Shown here piece by piece: positions 56,363 through 64,000 of a DNA stretch of 64,000 bases (within the stretch, counting starts at the first letter, position 1; each line of letters opens with the position of its first letter). The stretch lies in NCBI GenBank assembly GCA_964016885.1, contig OZ024740.1, positions 331,204,001-331,268,000 of the forward strand, read 5' to 3'. Under the pieces are notes generated by a model. The model did not search any database, was not told the origin of the DNA, and saw only the letters and a list, made by a program, of their open reading frames with translations. The DNA comes from Eledone cirrhosa. Taxonomy: Eukaryota. The translations under genes and the position numbers were made by a program.

Positions 56363-58365
56363 TTTATATATGTTTGTGTGTGTGTGTGTGTGTATGTGTA
56401 CATATGTATGTGTATGTATGGCTTTGAAATGTAGTTGTCACAATAGACGATAGGGGAGAAAATCATGTAAGCTACACCTTGAAACAGAAAAATATGGTGA
56501 ATACTGAATGCAAATTGTTTAACATACATCGCAGATAAAGTTGAGATATAAGAGTAAAGACATATATACACAGAATCCCTTTACACCCTCAATAAGTCTT
56601 CCCTATGCATTTCCTAATTTATAATTTTTATTTAAGCTATATTATAATATATGTTTTTATTCAACGCTAGAATTGTTCATTCAGCTTATGATTCATTATC
56701 CAAAAAAAAAAAAATAATAATCTCAGATCTTTTCATGCAAAATGTGTCTTTATTCCTTACTCCAGGCAATGTTTTTACACACCGCATCTTCATCAGAGAT
56801 ATAGTTTAAGCTGTCAATGCATTCTGGACCTTTAACAATGCATTTACTATAATTTATACAATGACACAGTTAATTACAAATTGTGTTATAGCAATCTTGC
56901 ATACAGGAATAATAATATTAACTTTTTGTTCGCCTAGACGTGGTAGTTGTTATTCTTTGTTACATTCTATATACGTTCGTGTTTTTAATATTTTTGAATT
57001 CTTATTGTTAATGGTGTTCTATTGTTGTCAATGATAGAGTTGGTCATATGTTAATATGATTAAGAATATAAAAAAAAACCTTCACGATGGAAATAATTAC
57101 TGAGTTAGTTAAAACATTAACAACATATAATTTCATATTCTTGATACTGTTTTTATTCTTGATACTTCCGCTGTTCAATTATGAACATTGTACGAATTTT
57201 GTGAAGCACAACTATGAGCAGATACCATTTATTTTGATGCGTAAAGACTTTGTAAATTTATTTCAATGTCTCGTATTCAAAAGCAATCAGGATTGAAATT
57301 GTTTTTTTCTAAATACAAGGATTGTTGTATTACGTAGATTCCTGGAATATTGGGGTTTAGTTGTATGTGTGCGTTTGTGCATGTGTCCAAATCTATGGTT
57401 ATATTCATAAATAAATTAACACATAAAGGCACACTGAAGCAACCACACACATGCACTTACAAATACACACACATACACACTTGCACGCCCGCACACACAG
57501 ATACACATGCACACACACACATACACACACACACATATATATATATATAATTATGTAATAAACAACATGAGACAGTTATTCCATTTACCAAAGTTTTCAC
57601 GAAGACAGACGAGCTCAGCAGAGACGTCTGTTAAATGGCTCTGTAGCATACATAGAGCCCTCTCCTTTCCTTTACCCTTCCTACGGAAATACTTCATATA
57701 TATATATATACATATATATATGTGTGTGTGTGCGTGTGTATACATATATATCCGTACAGATTGAACCTTGGGCTGATCAATAGTGGCACGCGCGTCACTA
57801 CTCCATAAACGCAATGAAGACATAACAAATCGTCTTTTTTTATTATATTATTACTTACACTCTGCTTAGTACTACATCTCTATACTTACTGGAAAGTAGA
57901 AACCGAGTGCTCACTCTGGTGAATCTACAGTAACTGGACGTTACAATCCATATATATAAATATATATAGAAAAAAATTTATAATAAAATTAGAATTTTAT
58001 TTCTCGCCCTAGCACAACTGATACATAAATGTAAGTATGCACACGTACACACACATATATATATACACACACACACACATATTGGTTATATCAAATATTA
58101 TTAATAATGTTCGATTCGTTTGTAAACAAACGGCGAGATTTGAAGCTGTACCGTCCGGTGACAGATCGTCACTTGAGTGTTCAATACTTTCTTCGAGGAA
58201 CAATCAACATGTATCTGGGTCATTACTCTTCATCAAGACACTATAACTCTGCCAGGTATACAGTCTTCAACTGAACGGTTTAAAATATATAGTATTTTCT
58301 GAAGTACACATCGGCTGAGTAGCCTCATTTTCAAGCCAAGCGAGTGCGACTGCCCTAGCCGAATA

Positions 58366-59350
58366 TCTATATATATAAAACTGAGGATGCCTGTCTGTGT
58401 GTGTGAGTTTGAATCCCTAAAACTCGAGAAACACCCAACCGACTGTTTTCAAACTTTACACACGTAATACTTATGTTTCAGGGAGTGTTCTGAGCAAAAG
58501 AAATTTCAAATTTTCAATGCCCGAGGGACCACATTAGGCGATTTAGCGATATCTCTCTATAATTCTTAGCCTTTCTCTTTTTAGATAGATACATAAATAT
58601 AATGTCGAGCCCTTATAATATTTGTCTGTATGTCTGGCTGTCTGCATTACGTCACTTCCCACAATTCCATCTGTGCCCAGAACGTGCCCTTATAATATCT
58701 GTCTGTATGTCTGCCTGTCTGCATTACGTCACTTCTCTGAGGATGTCTGTCTGTGTGTGTCTGTGTGAGTTTGAATCCCTAAAACTAGAGAAGTATCCAA
58801 CCGACTTTTTTCAGACTTTACACATGTATTACTTGTTTCAGGGAGTGTTATGCACATAATAGAATTCAACTTTTTGATCACCTAGGGCCCGTATTAGGTG
58901 AAAAACTGCGTTATTTAAGCTTGTTAGGGGTTTTTTGAGGCGTTACTTCAGACCGATTTCCTTGAAATTTTAACTATGTATTAGTCAGTCTCTTCTTAAT
59001 GCCGTGAGCAAAGAAAATCCAACCGTTTATGGCCTAGAGACCGCATTAGGTGAACAACTTCATTTTTTCAGCTTCTTGTGGCTTTTTTGAGGCGTTACGT
59101 CTAGCTGGTTTTCCCGAAATTTCAAGGCATATTATGCACATAAAAAAAATGTATTTTCTTGATCTCCTAGGTGAAAACCTGCATGTTTCCTGATTCATCG
59201 AGTAAAATCTTAAAGATCATCCAGCCATCAGATTATTCGGTTTATTTTCTTTACATACTGTCCAGTCATGCAGTTTTTCCACGATTAGGTCAATTGGCGG
59301 CCCGCGTTCCAAAATAGATTATTCCGTGCAACGCCGGGTACCACTGCTAG
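58366..59350 (+). mobile_element. Non-autonomous Helitron
   Basis: A|TC 5' end (tctatatatataaaa), subterminal ccgtgcaacgccgggta, CTAG|T 3' end, no TSD; internal duplication 58381-58490 and 58737-58850. Confidence 0.82.
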
Positions 59351-59372
59351 TTAAAAATAAAATGAGAATTCC

Positions 59373-59459
<87 letters not shown>

Positions 59460-60256
59460 GGGTATCGTAAAAGAGGATAGAAAGAAGAGATATATAGAGG
59501 AACTGTATTATATAGTGTAAGCACCCCAGGAACCCATAAATAGTCGGGCCGAAACTGTCATCAATTGCGGCCACCGACTACAACAATAATACTACAGATG
59601 GACCCCAGAAATTGAATAACTGAGGCTCTCAACACTTCTCCCTGGCCTGACCCGTGGGCGGTAGGTTTACCATTATACAACGGGGAATAACACCATCATC
59701 TACCCACTCTTTTCCCACCAGGAACCTGCACAGCATATATTCAGTCGGGCCTGCTCCGCTCTATTATTTCTCTTGGCCGGATCAGGTTTCAGTAATCTTA
59801 CGAACTTGCTGCCTGAACCCGAATAACCTCTTAGATAATTGATCATATGAACATACAACTTCGTTTTAAATTGACATTATTTTTCTAGGCCTTCAAATTT
59901 GCACACAGCGTGCTTTCTTGCATTAGGTATACCAATGTGTAGTGTTTATCGACTTTACCAACAGTCTATCATATTCACATCTAAGCACGGCATCATTTAT
60001 ACTGAGTTGACCAACCCAATAATATTGTTTTCCATAGCTGGATACTGGTCATAAGTTATGCAATAAACTTACTACGGGTACTGGTAATTACCTCCCTTAG
60101 CGAATCATACTCCTCTCCCTGTATTTATACCCATAACATCTAAAATCACTATGCATGGCGGTGGGATATTATTATACCCTCTCAGGGTTCGTAATTAAGG
60201 ACGTTGCTTATTAATATCTGCCTCCAATGAATCCCCCCCCCCCCTCCCTGGGCGAA

Positions 60257-60404
60257 ACACGTGCAAGAGTTATATAAAGATATGTTTTAACGGCTTGTAA
60301 TTCTTTCACTCACTCATACTTTTGCTAATATATAAGCAAATGAATGTGTGAATGAAAGAGTTACAAGCCGTTAAAACATATCTTTATATAGCTCTTACAC
60401 GTGT
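60257..60404. repeat. About 57-bp inverted repeat
   Basis: tatataaagatatgttttaacggcttgtaa versus ttacaagccgttaaaacatatctttatata. Confidence 0.85.
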
Positions 60405-60929
60405 GTGTGTGTGTGTGTGTGTCTATGCATATATATATGCGGTGACCTTAGTCGACACTTTAACGTCTTCTATTGTAAATGGTTTTTATTGACTATGGTA
60501 TAATTAATCCCACCCTCTTTCTTCATTTAGTTTGGTTACAATGTAATTATCAATTGTATCTTCATATTTACTTTCACTTATTTTTCTCATCAGAATGTTA
60601 TGTCTTCTTCTAAATCAATATTCTGTCTGTATGTGTTGTTTCTAATTTTTCGTCTCAATTTTAGGCATTGACGACTCATGTGACGCAAGGGTTCAGCATT
60701 GTTCCATGAAAGTGTTATTCTGGTGATGTCTGGGATGCAATGATCATTAAAATACTTGTACCTGGTGCAACGAATAATGAAGAATTTCTCCATAAAGCAA
60801 TTATTATGAATTTCTGGATCGTATCAGACCTCATATCTTCAATTGGTTTGTTGGTTCTAATTGTGGTTTTATTTCATGTCATAGCAATTCATGAGATATT
60901 CGGGCATCCCCTATTGTTTTTAGTTGTGG

Positions 60930-61044
60930 AAGTAGAAGTAGGAGTAGTAGCAGTAGTAGTGGTGGTGTTGATGGTGGCGGTGGTGGTGGTGGTAGTAGTA
61001 GCAGAGCAGCAGCAGCAGCAGCAGCAGTAGTAATAGTAGTAGTG

Positions 61045-61088
<44 letters not shown>

Positions 61089-61135
61089 TGTTGTTGTTGT
61101 TGCTGTTGTTGTTGTAGTAATAATAATAGTAGTAA
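60930..61135. repeat. Compound trinucleotide microsatellite (GTA/GTG/GCA/GTT)n
   Basis: Direct reading; explains the poly-Val and poly-Gln ORFs. Confidence 0.93.
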
Positions 61136-62127
61136 CTTTTGAATTCGAAACCCCTATCTTGTATTTTCAGTGGATTCCTTTAATATTCTGGAAATATGAA
61201 CTTTCGAACTCTTCAAAGAAGAATCTCTCTCCTGGATTTTTTCACGTAGTGAAACTTATACATGTACACCAGCCAAAGGAACCAAACTCCCACTGTCACT
61301 GTTTCCGTATTTCTCGCTCCCCACATCTTTCACTATTATGAGGAAATAGGGGTTTATGTTCTTTTAAATTTGTAATTTAAGGAAAATCTCTAAATTTCAA
61401 ACGTTTTATTTGTTACGAAAGTGTTTTTTCTTTATGCCATGCTTCGAGTGTGATAGTAAATCTTTACTACTTTATATCATTTAATAGTTGATTTCATTAA
61501 GGATGGGAAAAGTTTTCCTCTATTTTAAATCTTTTTCGAAGATTCACCACCATATAACTTAACTTTAGGTAAAACTTGTGTGTTTATTTTAATGCTTTTA
61601 AGCACATTTCATGATACGACATAATCTGCTTCGTAACCGGGTTTAAATTGTCGTTGCTGGATTTATATTAGAATTTGATTTATGATGCAAAGTACATTAT
61701 TTTCAGAGTTCCTGGATATGGATGGGCTCTTGTCAGTATTTTATTTTCAGGTGGTCAGTGTTCTCTACACAGCAGTTCGGGTGATGTGCGTTCAATAATT
61801 GTGCTGTAACTGTCTAGAGAGTTGGAGTATAGTTTAGCTGAGTTATTTAGGTTGCATTTTAAAGTATCTGATATTAAGTGATTTCTATGGAGGGTTAGTG
61901 TTTATAGACTAAGTGCATATTATATGGAGTGTTTTGTATAGAGAAATTGTACTGCTTGCTGTGTGTTATTGAAAGAATAATGTTGACTGTTCCCAGTAGA
62001 GTTATAGTTTGAACTGTGTGAAATGTGAAAGCTGGTATAGTGTGTATGAGTTTGTTCATATACGTTGTTTTAACAATTCATTTTCCGATTACTACTAACA
62101 AAGTTTATATACATGTTTGAGTGTGTG

Positions 62128-62168
<41 letters not shown>

Positions 62169-64000
62169 ATATAGAGATGAATTAACATTACGACAGTAAT
62201 ACTTTAACTTCAAAATAAAGGAAGCTATGGTTATCTATAGGTATACTATGGTTGTTTTATTAATATTGAATTATTTGCGCCTGGTGAACGCTAGGTAAAC
62301 GCTAGAATACACTGGTGAACGCTAGGCTATATCAGAAATTCCTTTCCATAACAATGGTGGTCTTGCAAAGCATACATCGTATGAGGACAACACCTACACA
62401 TTCAACATATCGAAACAGTTTTCGTCTGAGAGAATTTCGAATTATTTTCTGTAGTATTGATAGTCACAAAAATGCTGTGCAATTATTTTGCTATTTTCAT
62501 ATTTTGTAATTATCCTTTCTAATTAGCGCAATTAATATTACAATATTTTCAAGTAAATTTCGAACGTTTTAATAATTTTTTTCTGTGTGGTTGTAGATTC
62601 AACTTTAATTATCCCTATCACAGTTGTTCAAATAGTTCACAGCGTGCATTCAAGAAAACTATTACAATTCATATATAATGACATATATGTAGTTGATGTG
62701 AGGTGAAACATAACTGAAATCCTGGCATACCAGAATAAACGCAGTGTTCATGAATTCATTTAGATATTGGAAATGTTTTCAATTTTGATTCATTTTGTTC
62801 ATAATAACATTATATGTAATATATTAAATTATATAGCCTGACATGTATGTTTATGTTTAAATGGTCACATTCCAATTATCAGGTGTGCCCTTCGTATTAT
62901 TTTGTAATAAAATGTCTATGAGTTTGCAATGCGATGAACATGTTTTATCAAATATGATATCTAATGGGAGTGTATGTGAGTGTACTGAGTGTTACACATA
63001 TTTACACGCACTGTTGACGGAGGTAAACATGTCTGAGACAATCAGCGGGAGTAGAAAGTAATACTATATCCGAATCAGTGTATAAGCACTCTAAGTAAAC
63101 CGAAAATATAACACATTTACTCCGACACTGTCCCGTTTTCTTCATTTCACCCTCCAAAATTAAAGTACTCTTATACATCTAATCGGGTTTGCTAAATAGT
63201 TTATGTAATCTACAGTCTGAAATATGAATCACGTTTTAAATGCAGCAGAATTATTACATGTGACATGTCTTTCAATGAATCATAGTTTTGTTATATTATA
63301 AATAGAAATTTGGGACTATTCAACTAAAGCGTGGAGAAGTAATAGCAGCATTATGGTTTGGAAAACGTACTTAGTAAAGTGAGCATTCTTAAAATTGTGC
63401 AAATGCTGGGAATATTTAGACAAATGTGTGTACAATAAAGTAACAATTGCCAAAAATTGTCTTGAAAAATTCCGTTTGTATACTTTCTAAAGAAATTATT
63501 TTGTATAGCGAAGATTCGTTAGAAAAGTTAAATGGTGGAATAATTAAAACGTGTATTCTAGTAATTAGAATGATATTGAACCAGAAATGTATTGAATGAA
63601 ATGTGTGTTGTTGGTATATTTAATAGAATTGAAGATTTCACATTAATTTTGCAAATAATAATTTCAAATAATCTTGCTGAATATGAATATTGAATGAACG
63701 ATCACCATAACTGTATCACTAATAATTCAAACTAGCATTCAATGAAGAATAAAATTGTAAATACAGTGAAATTTGAAACTTTGAATGGGAAAATATGTAG
63801 ACATTACATAGCTGATACGAGTAATAGCCAGTAAATGATGAACTACTCATCTTTGATAATATGTTGTGCCATTCACACTATGTATAATATATTTTAAATG
63901 TTCAGAGGAAAATATTAAATACATTTACATGTGATAAGAAACGGACGAAATATAACTGAATATTAGTTGTAACATGAGTTGTGAAAACTTGTTTCTGAAT

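Noticed and set aside
57595-57645. Hammerhead-like CAGACG/CGTCTG hairpin
   Set aside because: Both core strands are mutated (ACGAAGA, TAAA)
60740-61341. Hydrophobic poly-Val/Gln ORFs resembling membrane proteins
   Set aside because: Produced by a trinucleotide repeat
60590-62100. Possible ancient minus-strand PLE RT remnant
   Set aside because: No unambiguous RT motif recognised by eye

Overview
AT-rich eukaryotic repeat DNA with many (TA)n/(CA)n tracts and no recognisable host gene. The SINE family and microsatellite load suggest a cephalopod such as octopus, but that is inference. Positions 1-9.6 kb are a pile-up of decayed non-LTR retrotransposons: one Tx1/L1-like (APE+RT), one CRE-like and three R4/Dong-like. 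Elsewhere there are a second Tx1-like ORF1 (33.4-35.1 kb), a second CRE-like element (53.1-54.6 kb), several Penelope-like (PLE, GIY-YIG) remnants, a Tc1/mariner fragment, a non-autonomous Helitron, a tRNA-like cloverleaf and 11 copies of a tRNA-derived Meta-type SINE. The main unexpected signal is at least four unrelated non-coding repeat units (about 434, 657, 1257 and 563 nt), in tandem and/or inverted arrangement. Each carries a minimal type I hammerhead ribozyme (CUGANGA...GAAA-palindrome-UH), and further solo or decayed hammerheads occur nearby. This looks like a diverse set of retrozyme-like or non-autonomous PLE-derived self-cleaving elements sitting beside candidate autonomous PLE partners. 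All calls were made by eye; no searches or folding programs were run.
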